Below the pieces are notes generated by a model that ran no database searches, was not told the origin of the DNA, and worked only from the letters and a program-made list of their open reading frames with translations. Positions 28,895-38,730 of a stretch of 64,000 nt of DNA are shown piece by piece. Origin of the DNA: a bacterium (GTDB taxonomy: Bacteria; Patescibacteriota; Minisyncoccia; 2-02-FULL-40-12; IGHO2-12-FULL-4); contig JAUSIQ010000031.1 in assembly GCA_030647955.1 (NCBI GenBank), positions 2,920 through 66,919 of the forward strand, in the 5' to 3' direction. The position numbers and the translations under genes are program-made. Numbering within the stretch: position 1 is the stretch's first letter; every line of letters starts with the position of its first letter.

Positions 28895-29137
28895 CTGTTT
28901 ATATCTATGTGTATAAACCAGGGATAAGAGTGGGATGATTGCGCTAACCTACCCCAAATAGCCAATTTTATCCCAGAGTTATTCCCAGTTGCCCATAAGT
29001 TATCACAAATCTATCCATAAAAAATTTAAGCGTACTAGCCTAAGAACACTATACGTAATAAGGTAATTCCGAAGAGAGAGGAGATGATTGTGGATAAGTA
29101 GTACGCTCTCTAATAGTAGATATCTTATATTTAAGAA
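28895..29137. promoter_or_regulatory. candidate oriC: DnaA-box cluster between dnaA and dnaN
   Basis: Perfect TGTGGATAA at 29089-29097. Near-boxes TGTGTATAA 28908-28916, TTATCCCAG ~28967, TTATCACAA 29000-29008, TATCCATAA 29012-29020. AT-rich tracts present. Confidence 0.6.
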
Positions 29138-30226
29138 ATGATTATAACTATTAACCAACGGAAGGTGAAAGAAGCTTTAGCGGTTACGGAGAAAATTGTC
29201 TCTAAGAATTTAGCTTTGCCTATTTTACAAAACGTTGTGATTAGAACTGAAAATGGTCGGGTCAAAATTTCCTCCACAAATTTAGAGATCGGGATTAATT
29301 TCTGGCTAGGAGCGAAGATTGAGGAGGAGGGGGATGTGGCTATTCCGGCTCGTCTCTTTTCGGAGTTTATTAACAATGTCCAAAGCGAAAAAGTAACTAT
29401 TAGTACCAAAGAGAACATCGCCTATATTAATACCGAAAACTCTAAAACTAAGATTATTGGTTTTCCGGCGAAAGATTTTCCAATTATTCCCAAGAATAAA
29501 AACACCCCTTTTGTTACCTTGGGAGCTAAAAAGATTTGGCAGTTATTTAGCGCGGTGATTGATTCCGCTTCTCTTTCCGAGGCTAGGCCGGAGTTAGCAG
29601 GGGTATTTGTGCATTTCTCTCCGACTAAAATTGAAAGTGCAGCCACAGATAGTTTTCGTCTTGCTGAACAGGTGATCTATGAAAATGGGAAAATTGATCA
29701 GAGTATGATTATCCCTAAGACCACCATCCAAGAGCTTATACGGGCCCTAGGAGATCGGGAAGAGGATATTGCACTGTCTCTATCGGAAAACCAAATCTTC
29801 TTCTCTACGAGCGATTTTGAGATCGTCTCTCGTTTAATCGATGGACACTATCCGGAATACAAAAGAGTCATCCCTGAAAAATTCTTATCCAAATATACTC
29901 TCTCCAGGGAAGAGCTAGAGAAAAGCGTGCGTTTAGCGAGTATTTTTACCTCTAGTATTGCCGATATTAAATTACAAGCCGATAAAGATGGTTTTAAGGT
30001 TTTAGCTAAGAACGCTGATAAAGGGGAGGTAAATTTGTCTGTGCCAGGAACGCTAAAAAATGGACCATTTGGGATTGCTGTAAATTATCGCTATCTTTTA
30101 GATGGTTTAAAAATCATTCCTACTTCTCAAGTAGAAATCGAGTTTACAGGAGAGGGGAGTCCTTTAATTTTACATCCAGAAGGTAAAACAGACTTTACTT
30201 ATTTAATCATGCCTCTCCGTAGTTAG
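29138..30226 (+). CDS. dnaN: DNA polymerase III beta sliding clamp
   Basis: 362 aa; position after dnaA; clamp-like three-domain length; LPILQNV motif. Confidence 0.9.
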   Translation: MIITINQRKVKEALAVTEKIVSKNLALPILQNVVIRTENGRVKISSTNLEIGINFWLGAKIEEEGDVAIPARLFSEFINNVQSEKVTISTKENIAYINTENSKTKIIGFPAKDFPIIPKNKNTPFVTLGAKKIWQLFSAVIDSASLSEARPELAGVFVHFSPTKIESAATDSFRLAEQVIYENGKIDQSMIIPKTTIQELIRALGDREEDIALSLSENQIFFSTSDFEIVSRLIDGHYPEYKRVIPEKFLSKYTLSREELEKSVRLASIFTSSIADIKLQADKDGFKVLAKNADKGEVNLSVPGTLKNGPFGIAVNYRYLLDGLKIIPTSQVEIEFTGEGSPLILHPEGKTDFTYLIMPLRS

Positions 30227-30241
30227 GAAAAAATCTCTGCT

Positions 30242-30523
30242 ATGCAAGATATAAAGAATTATTTATTAAAGTTAAAGAAAGAAGCCCATAAGAATCAAAA
30301 AGAAGGAGATTTGGTGAGTAGTAGAATTAAAGAAGTGATTGTGGCTAATTTTGAAAATGAAGCGGTCCTGAAATATATCAGGACTTTTTATATAAAAAAA
30401 GAAACTCTGTTTATTGAGACCACCAGTAAAACTATGGCTCAAGAACTCTATTGGAAGCAAGAAGATCTCAAGGAGAAGATCAACCAAGAAAAAGTTTTGA
30501 TAAAGAAGATTGTGGTGCGCTAA
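30242..30523 (+). CDS. dciA: DUF721/DciA-like protein (putative helicase-loader family)
   Basis: 93 aa; pattern LFIETTSKTMAQEL...LKEKINQEKVLIKKIVVR resembles DUF721 (VxVxSSxWAxEL...I.FR); located right after dnaN. Confidence 0.5.
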   Translation: MQDIKNYLLKLKKEAHKNQKEGDLVSSRIKEVIVANFENEAVLKYIRTFYIKKETLFIETTSKTMAQELYWKQEDLKEKINQEKVLIKKIVVR

Positions 30524-32667
30524 AACGTCACTACTTCCGAGATATTGAAGAGGTGAAGATTCGCTTGAATAGCGGCTTCCCAGTTTTTATATTGAGGGTC
30601 GTTGTCGGGGTTAAAAGGGAACTCTCCTTGCGCGTTATTTTTGTCTACGTAATACAAGATGGTGTGTAAGTCGGTGCGCTCTTGTCCAGTTTCGTCTTGG
30701 TGACGATAAACGTAAGAACCATCGAGCATAATCTTCGGCACTTCCACCGGGTCGGGGTCGGCAAACTGTTCCACGGATTTACCTTTTAGCGCTTTTACGA
30801 TAAATTCGTGCCACATTGGTCCGGCCGCTGAGATACCCGCTCCTTGGCTAGACATCGGAGTATTTTTATTATTTCCAGTCCAAACCCCCACACTTAAAGA
30901 AGGGGTGTAACCTACTACCCAAGCGTCTTTGTTTTCTTGAGTTGTGCCGGTTTTGGCCGCTACCGGTCGATCGGGGAAGTATAAGCTACTATTGGCTCCA
31001 AAAACCGAAGCGCGGGCTTGGTTATCAGAAAGAATGTCATTGATGGTGCGGGCGATTTGAGGCTCTATAACCCGTTCTTTTTTGGATTTATATTCTTCTA
31101 AAACCGTACCGTTCGTGTCTTCGATCTTGAGAATAAAAGCGGGTTGTTCTTTAACGCCATCGTTTCCGAATACGCCGTAAGCCGAAACCATATCTAATAA
31201 TTTAACTTCTGCGCCTCCTAATACTAAAGAGAGGCCGAAGTTCTGGTTATTGTCTTTTAAGGTGGTAATTCCCATACGCGTGGCCAGGTTGGTAGTACTG
31301 TCGATTCCAGCCAAGTAAAGTAATTTAACTGAAGGAATGTTTAGGGAGCGGGCTAGAGACTGACGCATGGTCACTGGACCATGAAATAATCCATCGTAGT
31401 TACGAGGGTGAAAACAAGCTAAGCCGTATTGATCTTTGGTCTGACTGCCATCGGCTAAACAACTGGGATTAAACTCGGTTTTGACGTCAAAGAGAATAGT
31501 GGAATCAGTGAATCCTTTTTCTAAAGCGGTGGCATAAGTAAAAGGTTTAAAAGACGATCCCGGCTGACGTCTCGCTAAGGCGACGTTAAAATTACCTTCG
31601 TTGGCGATATCGAAATAATCTCGAGAGCCGACCATTACTAAAATTTGTCCGGTGCGCGGATCAGTAGCGACCATCGAGGCATTGGTTGCTCTATAAGCCT
31701 TCTCGTTGATGGCTCCGTACTTCGTGACGGTTTCTTCGGCTATTTTTTGCATATCAATATCTAAGGTGGTGTAAACTTTTAATCCGCCATTGGTGACGGT
31801 TTCCTCTCCATATTTTTTAGTGAGGTAATCTCGGACCATCATCACAAAATGAGGAGCGAGAATGGCTTCACGCGGCGGCTTGAACTCTAATTTTTCATTA
31901 ACCGCTTTATTGTAATCTTCTTCGGATAAAAATCCGACCTCTTTCATTCTTTGTAAGACGAGATTCTTTTGATTATGCAATTCTTCCAGATGGCTGCCGT
32001 AAGGGGAGTAGTAGGTGGTAGCTTTTGTGAGAGTGGCGAGAGTGGCGGCCTGGGCATAGGAAAGATCTTTGGCGGGGATTCCAAAGAAGGTTTGGCTAGC
32101 CGCTTCGATCCCATAAGCATTGGAACCGTAAGGAATTTGGTTTAAGTACATCCAAAAAATCTGATCTTTAGAAAATCTTCTTTCGATTTCAATAGATAAA
32201 ATTGCTTCACGAATTTTTCGGGAGGGAGTGCGTTCATCGCCTAAAAGAGCTTTCTTAATTAACTGTTGGGTAATAGTTGATCCTCCTTGGGAAATACTGA
32301 AGGTGGTAATATCTTTAAAAAAGGCGCGGGCAATGCCTTTAAAATCTAATCCTTGGTGAGAATAAAAAGAAGTGTCTTCGGAGGCTAGGGTGGCGAGTTT
32401 AACGGTATTGGGAATATTTTCCCAGGAGATAATGGTTCGTCTTTCTTCGCCGTGAATATCATAAAGAACAGTATTGCCCGTGCGATCGTAAATTTTGGTT
32501 GATTCGCTTACCCGGCGAGAGATAATACTGTCCGGACTGGGAATATCTTTAGCGACATAGAGGAAGAAACCAATACCGAAAAGAATACCAAAAACGGCCA
32601 AAATAAAGACCGTAAAGAGGATAGTTTTGATTTTAAGCCGTTTAAGCCATCTCTTATGCATATTCAA
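30520..32667 (-). CDS. bifunctional penicillin-binding protein 1A (glycosyltransferase + transpeptidase)
   Basis: GT51 motif EDTSFYSHQGLD, transpeptidase SSFKPF (SxxK) and KTGT motifs; 715 aa with N-terminal TM. Confidence 0.9.
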   Translation of the reverse strand: MNMHKRWLKRLKIKTILFTVFILAVFGILFGIGFFLYVAKDIPSPDSIISRRVSESTKIYDRTGNTVLYDIHGEERRTIISWENIPNTVKLATLASEDTSFYSHQGLDFKGIARAFFKDITTFSISQGGSTITQQLIKKALLGDERTPSRKIREAILSIEIERRFSKDQIFWMYLNQIPYGSNAYGIEAASQTFFGIPAKDLSYAQAATLATLTKATTYYSPYGSHLEELHNQKNLVLQRMKEVGFLSEEDYNKAVNEKLEFKPPREAILAPHFVMMVRDYLTKKYGEETVTNGGLKVYTTLDIDMQKIAEETVTKYGAINEKAYRATNASMVATDPRTGQILVMVGSRDYFDIANEGNFNVALARRQPGSSFKPFTYATALEKGFTDSTILFDVKTEFNPSCLADGSQTKDQYGLACFHPRNYDGLFHGPVTMRQSLARSLNIPSVKLLYLAGIDSTTNLATRMGITTLKDNNQNFGLSLVLGGAEVKLLDMVSAYGVFGNDGVKEQPAFILKIEDTNGTVLEEYKSKKERVIEPQIARTINDILSDNQARASVFGANSSLYFPDRPVAAKTGTTQENKDAWVVGYTPSLSVGVWTGNNKNTPMSSQGAGISAAGPMWHEFIVKALKGKSVEQFADPDPVEVPKIMLDGSYVYRHQDETGQERTDLHTILYYVDKNNAQGEFPFNPDNDPQYKNWEAAIQANLHLFNISEVVTF

Positions 32668-32690
32668 ATATCTGGTAATTTTAACACAAA

Positions 32691-33911
32691 TTGAGCATAT
32701 TTACAATGGACACTTTTTATTCTAAGATAAGAGGCATGAATAGTGATATTATTCTCAATCGCGGAGTGGAAGAAATAATTGAACGCGACCATCTTGAGAA
32801 AAAAATGGCCCAAAAAGAAAGACTAAGGGTTAAGTTGGGTATTGACCCCACCGCAAGCGATCTGCACCTAGGTCATACGGTGGTGTTGAGGAAGTTGAAA
32901 CAATTCCAAGAAGCCGGACATCAGGCTATTTTGCTTATCGGAGATTTTACGGCGCTAGTTGGAGACCCTTCCGGTAAAAATGAGCAGAGGCCGCAACTCA
33001 CTAATGAACAGGTTCAAGAGAATATGAAAAATTACCTCCAACAAGCTGGTCTCGTTTTAGATTTAAGTAAAACAGAGGTGCGGTACAATTCAGAGTGGTA
33101 CAAAGACAAAGGGATGGATTTTTTCATTGATCTCACTAGTAAATTTACGGTAGCACGCTCATTGGAGCGGGACGACTTTCAAAAAAGACTAAAAGAAAAC
33201 CAAGACGTGAGTTTATTGGAAGTTCTTTATCCTATCCTTCAGGGTTATGATTCCGTCGCTTTAAAAGCGGATGTGGAACTAGGAGGAACGGATCAAAAGT
33301 TCAATCTGCTCACCGGTAGAAAAGTGCAAAAAAGATACGGCGAAATACCCCAAGACATTATCACTTTACCGCTAATCGAAGGCTTGGACGGTATTAAAAA
33401 AATGAGTAAAAGTTTAGGTAATTACATTGGACTAACAGAAAAACCGCAGGATATGTTCAATAAGATTATGTCCTTATCAGATCAGCTCATGGTTAAGTAC
33501 TTCACCCTTATAACTGATGTTTCAGAACAAGAAATTGAAAAATTAAAAGCAGAGCAAGCTAACCCTTCCGATTATGCGCCTAAAGAATGGAAAGAAAAAT
33601 TGGCTACGGAGATTGTAAGAATGTATCATGGGCCAGAGCAAGCCCGGAAAACGCAAGAAGAGTTCACGAGAGTGTTCTCTAACAAAGAACTGCCAACAGA
33701 AATCCAGGAAATTTCTATCGGAGCAGACGCACTCTCTATTATTGATTTGATGACACAGTGGTTAGGGGTTTCTAAAACCGAAGCTAAAAATCTGGTCAAT
33801 CAAAAAGCAGTGCAGATAAATGACGAGGTGGTAACAGATTGGAATACGGATGTGAAGATAGGTGATATTATTCGGTCTGGTCCGCGAAGATTTGTAAAAG
33901 TAGTGAATTAA
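32691..33911 (+). CDS. tyrS: tyrosine--tRNA ligase
   Basis: HIGH-type motif LHLGH, KMSKS motif, C-terminal S4-like domain; 406 aa. Confidence 0.9.
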   Translation: MSIFTMDTFYSKIRGMNSDIILNRGVEEIIERDHLEKKMAQKERLRVKLGIDPTASDLHLGHTVVLRKLKQFQEAGHQAILLIGDFTALVGDPSGKNEQRPQLTNEQVQENMKNYLQQAGLVLDLSKTEVRYNSEWYKDKGMDFFIDLTSKFTVARSLERDDFQKRLKENQDVSLLEVLYPILQGYDSVALKADVELGGTDQKFNLLTGRKVQKRYGEIPQDIITLPLIEGLDGIKKMSKSLGNYIGLTEKPQDMFNKIMSLSDQLMVKYFTLITDVSEQEIEKLKAEQANPSDYAPKEWKEKLATEIVRMYHGPEQARKTQEEFTRVFSNKELPTEIQEISIGADALSIIDLMTQWLGVSKTEAKNLVNQKAVQINDEVVTDWNTDVKIGDIIRSGPRRFVKVVN

Positions 33912-33948
33912 AAAACACCCCGCCCTTATATAAGGGCGGGGTGTTTTT
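33910..33948. terminator. bidirectional rho-independent terminator
   Basis: AAAAACACCCCGCCCTTATATAAGGGCGGGGTGTTTTTT. Confidence 0.75.
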
Positions 33949-33956
33949 TAAAAAGT

Positions 33957-34108
33957 ATTAAACTAGAGGTTCTTCGGCTACTTCCGCTTCTTTCTCTTCT
34001 TCCTCTTCCTCATCTTCGTCTTCAGCTAAATCCTTATCCGCGTCCTCCTCGACAGCAAAAGGATCTTTTACATCCTCTTCGTCAAAGTTCAATTTAAGAG
34101 TGTTCATT
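33957..34108 (-). CDS. small highly acidic protein, hypothetical
   Basis: Not in ORF track (<60 aa). Minus-strand ORF reads MNTLKLNFDEEDVKDPFAVEEDADKDLAEDEDEEEEEEKEAEVAEEPLV. Confidence 0.25.
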
Positions 34109-34189
34109 TTTTATAACAATGTTATTTAAAAATCAGGTAATTACGACCTTGCGCTTTATTGTATGAAGATGAACCAGAAAGTCAATAGC

Positions 34190-34666
34190 CTAGGTGTGAC
34201 GGGTGGTATTGGCGCAACATAAGGCGATCGCCAAAGCATCGGCGGCGTCGTCGGGTTGGGGGATTTCTTTCAGCCCTAAGATCATACTAATGTTTTTTTG
34301 GACTTGGTGTTTTTCCGCTCGGCCGTAATTAGAGACCGCCTGTTTTATTTGCAGAGGAGTGAATTCAAACGTCGGCACGCCATGTTGTTTAAGCGCTAAC
34401 AAAATTACTCCTTTGATTTCGCTGACTTGCGTAACGGTCTTGGCGTTTTTAAAAAAGAATAATCTTTCGATGCCAGCCTGGTCCGGTCGGTACTTCTTTA
34501 TGAGATCCTTAAAAAAAGTATGGACCGTAATTACTCTTTCGGTATTCTCGATGTTGGAGGGGGTGCGGCATACGCCGTAGTCTACACAAGTAAACCCTTT
34601 CGCAGTGGTTTCAATCACTCCAAAGCCAATCAAAGAGGTGCCGGGATCAATTCCTAAGATACGCAT
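34190..34666 (-). CDS. ruvC: crossover junction endodeoxyribonuclease RuvC
   Basis: MRILGIDPGTSLIGFGV N-terminus, 158 aa. Confidence 0.9.
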   Translation of the reverse strand: MRILGIDPGTSLIGFGVIETTAKGFTCVDYGVCRTPSNIENTERVITVHTFFKDLIKKYRPDQAGIERLFFFKNAKTVTQVSEIKGVILLALKQHGVPTFEFTPLQIKQAVSNYGRAEKHQVQKNISMILGLKEIPQPDDAADALAIALCCANTTRHT

Positions 34667-35199
34667 TAATAATTGGTGTAAATTTCTTGAACGTCTTCGT
34701 TATCGTCGAGAGTTTCTAGTAACTTATCTAGCTTAATTTTAGCGGCCTCATCAATTTCGAGAGGATATTTAGGGACAAAACCTTCGGCAGTTTTATCAAA
34801 AGCCCACATCACTGATCCCTGTTGAGCCATTTTAGCCTCACCATCTAATAAAGTTTTTTTAATTTCAGAGATGGTGCGATTTTTATTATCGGTGATGGCG
34901 ATGATAATGAGGTTTACGGCAGAGGGACCGACGGCTTCAATAACCAGCTCCTCTAATTGAGCAGAATCTTTATCGGTCACCCGTTTAATGGCTCTTTCAA
35001 TATTGTCTTTGGGTAAATCAAAAGTACGCGCGTATTCAATGGCGTTTTTTAAATCCAAATTTTGATCGGGATCCGGCCCGCGACGGGCGGCAATCGAGAT
35101 CGCTTTGGAAAGTTTAGAAAAAAGCTGTCCGCGTTTATGATCGGCAATTCCTTTCTTATGTTTAATTTGTGACCATTTGGAGTGTCCTGACATGACCAC
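34666..35199 (-). CDS. yebC: YebC/PmpR-family DNA-binding regulator (short form)
   Basis: MSGHSKWSQIKHKKG N-terminal signature; 177 aa. Confidence 0.8.
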   Translation of the reverse strand: MVMSGHSKWSQIKHKKGIADHKRGQLFSKLSKAISIAARRGPDPDQNLDLKNAIEYARTFDLPKDNIERAIKRVTDKDSAQLEELVIEAVGPSAVNLIIIAITDNKNRTISEIKKTLLDGEAKMAQQGSVMWAFDKTAEGFVPKYPLEIDEAAKIKLDKLLETLDDNEDVQEIYTNY

Positions 35200-35224
35200 A
35201 ATTTAGCAGAAAAGTCTCGAGGTA

Positions 35225-35791
35225 TCAATTTTGACATGGCTTGTGGAGGGTGCGAGGATAAGCGGTGAGGAGTTCTTGTTCGGAGGAGAAAGATTTTAGA
35301 TATGTAGCTGAAAGATTTTTCCAGTCGTTATCGGTGTCGCAATAATAATATTTAGATTTCCAATGCGAGCTGGTGTAGAAAGTATGTCCACTGGGAGGAG
35401 GAGTATAAGTAGGAGAAGGCGCTGTGCTTTGCGAAGGCGAAGCAGAGGCGGTAAGGAAGGGTGTATTAGTGGGAAAGGCAGTCGAAGTTGGTGAAGGTGT
35501 GTTAGGAGTAATGATGGATGTTGTGGAAGGCGTGGGAGCTGTTGTGGTTAGAGTGCTGGGAGAAAAAGTAGGAGTGATAATGGGAGTAGTGAAAGAGGTT
35601 GGTAAAGGAGTGGCGGTTTTATTAAAAGTAGAACGTGGTGATGAAGAGGGGGTAAGAGAAATAACCGGTGAAGAAGTGACCGGATTAAGAATTAACGCTT
35701 GTTGCGAGGAGGAAGGAGTGGAGGAAAGCAGAAAAAGACCGGCGACGGTTGCTAAGCCCGAAAATATAATAGTGAGTAGCCTACTATTCAC
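35225..35791 (-). CDS. secreted low-complexity S/T/P-rich protein, hypothetical
   Basis: Signal peptide, then long TPxPT tract; occupies the slot where ruvA usually lies. Confidence 0.45.
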   Translation of the reverse strand: MNSRLLTIIFSGLATVAGLFLLSSTPSSSQQALILNPVTSSPVISLTPSSSPRSTFNKTATPLPTSFTTPIITPTFSPSTLTTTAPTPSTTSIITPNTPSPTSTAFPTNTPFLTASASPSQSTAPSPTYTPPPSGHTFYTSSHWKSKYYYCDTDNDWKNLSATYLKSFSSEQELLTAYPRTLHKPCQN

Positions 35792-35793
35792 CT

Positions 35794-36816
35794 TTAGATC
35801 AAAGCACTCTGAATATCTTTTTCAAGTCGAATGCCGATGTGAGCGGCACCTTCTTTGGTAATGACGCGGCCGCGAGAGGTGCGGGCCAGAAAACCGATCT
35901 GCATTAAGTAGGGTTCGTAAACATCTTCGATGGTGCCGTCGTCTTCACCGATAGCGGCGGCGATAGTCTTTAATCCCACTGGGCCGCCCTCGAAGTTTTT
36001 AGCGATCATGGTGAGGATTTTTTTATCAGTGGATTCTAGACCGATTGGATCAATCTCTAGAAGGTCTAAGGCTTCTTTGGTGATCGCGGTAGTAATGTGA
36101 GTGGCGTTTTGAATCTGGGCACAGTCGCGCACTCTTTTCAAAAGACGGTTAGCGGTGCGGGGAGTGAAACGAGAAGCGGCGGCAATGATTTGCAAAGCCT
36201 CGGTATCGGCGGAGATACCCAAAAGACTAGCGGAACGGCCTAAGATTTGTTGAATGTCTTTGGTTTGATAAAACTCTAGGCGATAGTTACCTCCAAAGCG
36301 GGAGCGAAAGGGATTAGATAAAAGAGAAACACGAGTCGTAGCGGCGATTAAGGTGAACTTGGGCAGGTCTACTTGGAGAGTTTTAGCGGAATTGCCTTTG
36401 CCGATGATGATGTCTAATTTGTAATTTTCCATGGCCGGGTAAAGAGTTTCCTCGACGGATTTATTTAAGCGATGTACTTCATCGATAAACAAAAAATCGC
36501 CTTCATTAAGACCAGTGAGAATAGAGCCGAGGTCGCCGGCCTTCTCTAGAGCCGTCCCAGAGGTGATACGCAGACTGGAGTTCATCTGCCGAGAGATGAT
36601 GTAGGCGAGGGTCGTTTTACCTAGTCCGGATGGACCATGGATGAGAATATGCTCCAAGGGATCTCCTCTTTTTCGAGCTGCTCCGATTAAGATCGAGAGG
36701 TTCTTCTTAACCTTTTCTTGGCCAATATAGTCGTCAAAAGAAGTCGGGCGGAGGGCCAGATCAAGAAATTTTTCATCTTCTTGAGAAGGTTTTGGTATTA
36801 AAACGTCTTTGGGCAT
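35794..36816 (-). CDS. ruvB: Holliday junction branch-migration ATPase RuvB
   Basis: Walker A GPSGLGKTTLA, 340 aa, AAA+ with RuvB C-terminal winged helix. Confidence 0.9.
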   Translation of the reverse strand: MPKDVLIPKPSQEDEKFLDLALRPTSFDDYIGQEKVKKNLSILIGAARKRGDPLEHILIHGPSGLGKTTLAYIISRQMNSSLRITSGTALEKAGDLGSILTGLNEGDFLFIDEVHRLNKSVEETLYPAMENYKLDIIIGKGNSAKTLQVDLPKFTLIAATTRVSLLSNPFRSRFGGNYRLEFYQTKDIQQILGRSASLLGISADTEALQIIAAASRFTPRTANRLLKRVRDCAQIQNATHITTAITKEALDLLEIDPIGLESTDKKILTMIAKNFEGGPVGLKTIAAAIGEDDGTIEDVYEPYLMQIGFLARTSRGRVITKEGAAHIGIRLEKDIQSALI

Positions 36817-36875
36817 ATGGAGAAAATATGAAATTTAATCTATTGACAAGCAAGGTAAATTTGTATAAAATACAG

Positions 36876-37075
36876 CACAACCACGATTGGTGCAATTTTT
36901 GACAGAAAATGAAGAGTGTAACCTGTAGGCAACTAAATCCTTTCTAACCACTGCGATTTATTGGGATAACTTATTGATGTTTACTTTGGTTCCGACTGGG
37001 GTATTACTCAGGGTTATCTTGTCCCGGCATACTAAGTTATCCGGGTTTGCCTACAGATTACACGCCTCATTTTGA
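36876..37075 (+). ncRNA. candidate structured small RNA downstream of a strong promoter
   Basis: TTGACA 36843-36848, TGTATAAA 36862-36869. Long-range pairing CCTGTAGGCAA (36922-36932) with TTGCCTACAG (37047-37056). Nested GGGATAACTT / AAGTTATCCG. Ends in a U-run ~37068-37075. No + strand ORF follows. Confidence 0.35.
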
Positions 37076-37086
37076 AAATACTCGGC

Positions 37087-38730
37087 CTACTCTAAGATTC
37101 TCCGAACCTCCTCTAAGGAGGTTTTGCCTTCTAATACTTTTAAATAACCATCCTGGATGAGGGTGACCATGCCTTTTTTCATCGCTAATTCTTTCATCTC
37201 CGAAACTGCCGGTGATGTTAAAATTATTTTTTCAATATCATCATCTACTATGAAAAACTCAAACACTCCCAAGCGCCCTTTATAACCGGTCATATTGCAG
37301 GCTTCACACTGGCTGGGAAAAAATATTTCGGTCTTAGTATTTACCTCGGGGGCAGATTCTAAACCCGCTAAAGCTTTCTTCATTTCCTCCAGTTCTTCGT
37401 CGGGGATGGTCTTTTTTTGTCGGCATTTCTCGCATAATTTTCTTAATAAACGCTGAGCGATCACAGCATTTAACGCGGGAGCGATGGAGGCGGGCTTTGC
37501 TCCCAGATCAAGAAGACGGGGGATAGCGCCGGCGGCATCGTTAGTGTGTAAAGTAGAAAAGACTAAGTGGCCAGTGAGAGCGGCTTGCATGGCAATCTCG
37601 GCCGTTTCTCCGTCACGAATTTCTCCGACTAAAATGACATCCGGATCTTGACGCACAATCGAACGTAGGCCACTAGCGAAGGTATAGCCTTTCGCAGGGT
37701 TTACTTGAGTTTGAGAGATGCCGGTTAAGTGATACTCTACGGGATCTTCAATAGTAATAATCTTTGAGCCCGGTTCGTTGATGTGCTGAACAAAGGCATA
37801 AAGACTGGTAGTTTTTCCGGAACCGGTTGGTCCAGTGGTTAGCAGAGCACCGGTACTTTTCTGGAGAAGTTTTTTTAAGGCTGCCATATTCTTTTCAGAA
37901 AGTCCCAGGTCCTCAATCTTCTCCATGATATTGTCGGGGTCTAAAATACGCATGACTATGTTCTCTCCATAAGAACCGGGTAAAACGGAGACGCGGATCT
38001 CAATCATTTTGTTCAGGTGGCGAACGGAGAAACGACCATCTTGGGGAGCGTTGTGAATATTGAGCTTAAGACCAGAGGTGATTTTGATACGCGAAAGCAG
38101 TTTAGCGTAATTTTCGGGACTAACCTCGGCGACATTATTTAAAACTCCGTCTAGACGATAGCGGGTACGAACCGTAGCTTCTTCTGGTTCAAGATGAATA
38201 TCGGAAGCTTCCAGGGTAATCGCTCCGGCCAATAATACCTCCAACATCTTCGTAGTTGAGAGAAAAGACAGCTTCTCTTTTAACGCGGCCACGCTTTTAA
38301 TCTCCTTTTGGGCTCGAGTAAAGGTGTCTTCGTCGATGGCGACAGTGCCGAGAGAGTCAATAGCGTTCTTGGGGATGTCTTGATAGCGCTCCCAGACTAA
38401 TTTGAGGCTGGAAGCAGAGACAATATTTTGTTCAATGGTAAAACCCTGCTCCGCGAGGTCTTTTAAAACTTTTTGAGTAAGAGGAAAGAGGGGATCAACG
38501 ATGATGACGCGTAGTTGCTTTTTTTCTTGTGCGATAACGGCGACTTGAGCGGCGTGCGAATCCTTCTCTGGTAAAATACGCAGGGCCTCAAGGTCCACGG
38601 AGTTGGGATTAATTTTGAGGTACGGTAAGCCAGCTTTAGTGGCCACCTCTTTGGCCTGCTCCTCGACGCCAGCGGCCTCGAGTTCGGTTAATTTTTTATC
38701 TAGTGCTCCTTGGAGATTTGAAGACGGCAT
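37087..38730 (-). CDS. pilB: type IV pilus / type II secretion assembly ATPase (GspE/PilB family)
   Basis: Walker A TGPTGSGKTTSLYA, Asp box, His box, tetracysteine CEKC...CEAC; 547 aa. Confidence 0.85.
   Translation of the reverse strand: MPSSNLQGALDKKLTELEAAGVEEQAKEVATKAGLPYLKINPNSVDLEALRILPEKDSHAAQVAVIAQEKKQLRVIIVDPLFPLTQKVLKDLAEQGFTIEQNIVSASSLKLVWERYQDIPKNAIDSLGTVAIDEDTFTRAQKEIKSVAALKEKLSFLSTTKMLEVLLAGAITLEASDIHLEPEEATVRTRYRLDGVLNNVAEVSPENYAKLLSRIKITSGLKLNIHNAPQDGRFSVRHLNKMIEIRVSVLPGSYGENIVMRILDPDNIMEKIEDLGLSEKNMAALKKLLQKSTGALLTTGPTGSGKTTSLYAFVQHINEPGSKIITIEDPVEYHLTGISQTQVNPAKGYTFASGLRSIVRQDPDVILVGEIRDGETAEIAMQAALTGHLVFSTLHTNDAAGAIPRLLDLGAKPASIAPALNAVIAQRLLRKLCEKCRQKKTIPDEELEEMKKALAGLESAPEVNTKTEIFFPSQCEACNMTGYKGRLGVFEFFIVDDDIEKIILTSPAVSEMKELAMKKGMVTLIQDGYLKVLEGKTSLEEVRRILE

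Noticed and set aside
35424-35861. 145-aa + strand ORF rich in Gly/Val/Glu
   Set aside because: Antisense to the S/T/P-rich secreted protein gene; repeat-driven artefact.
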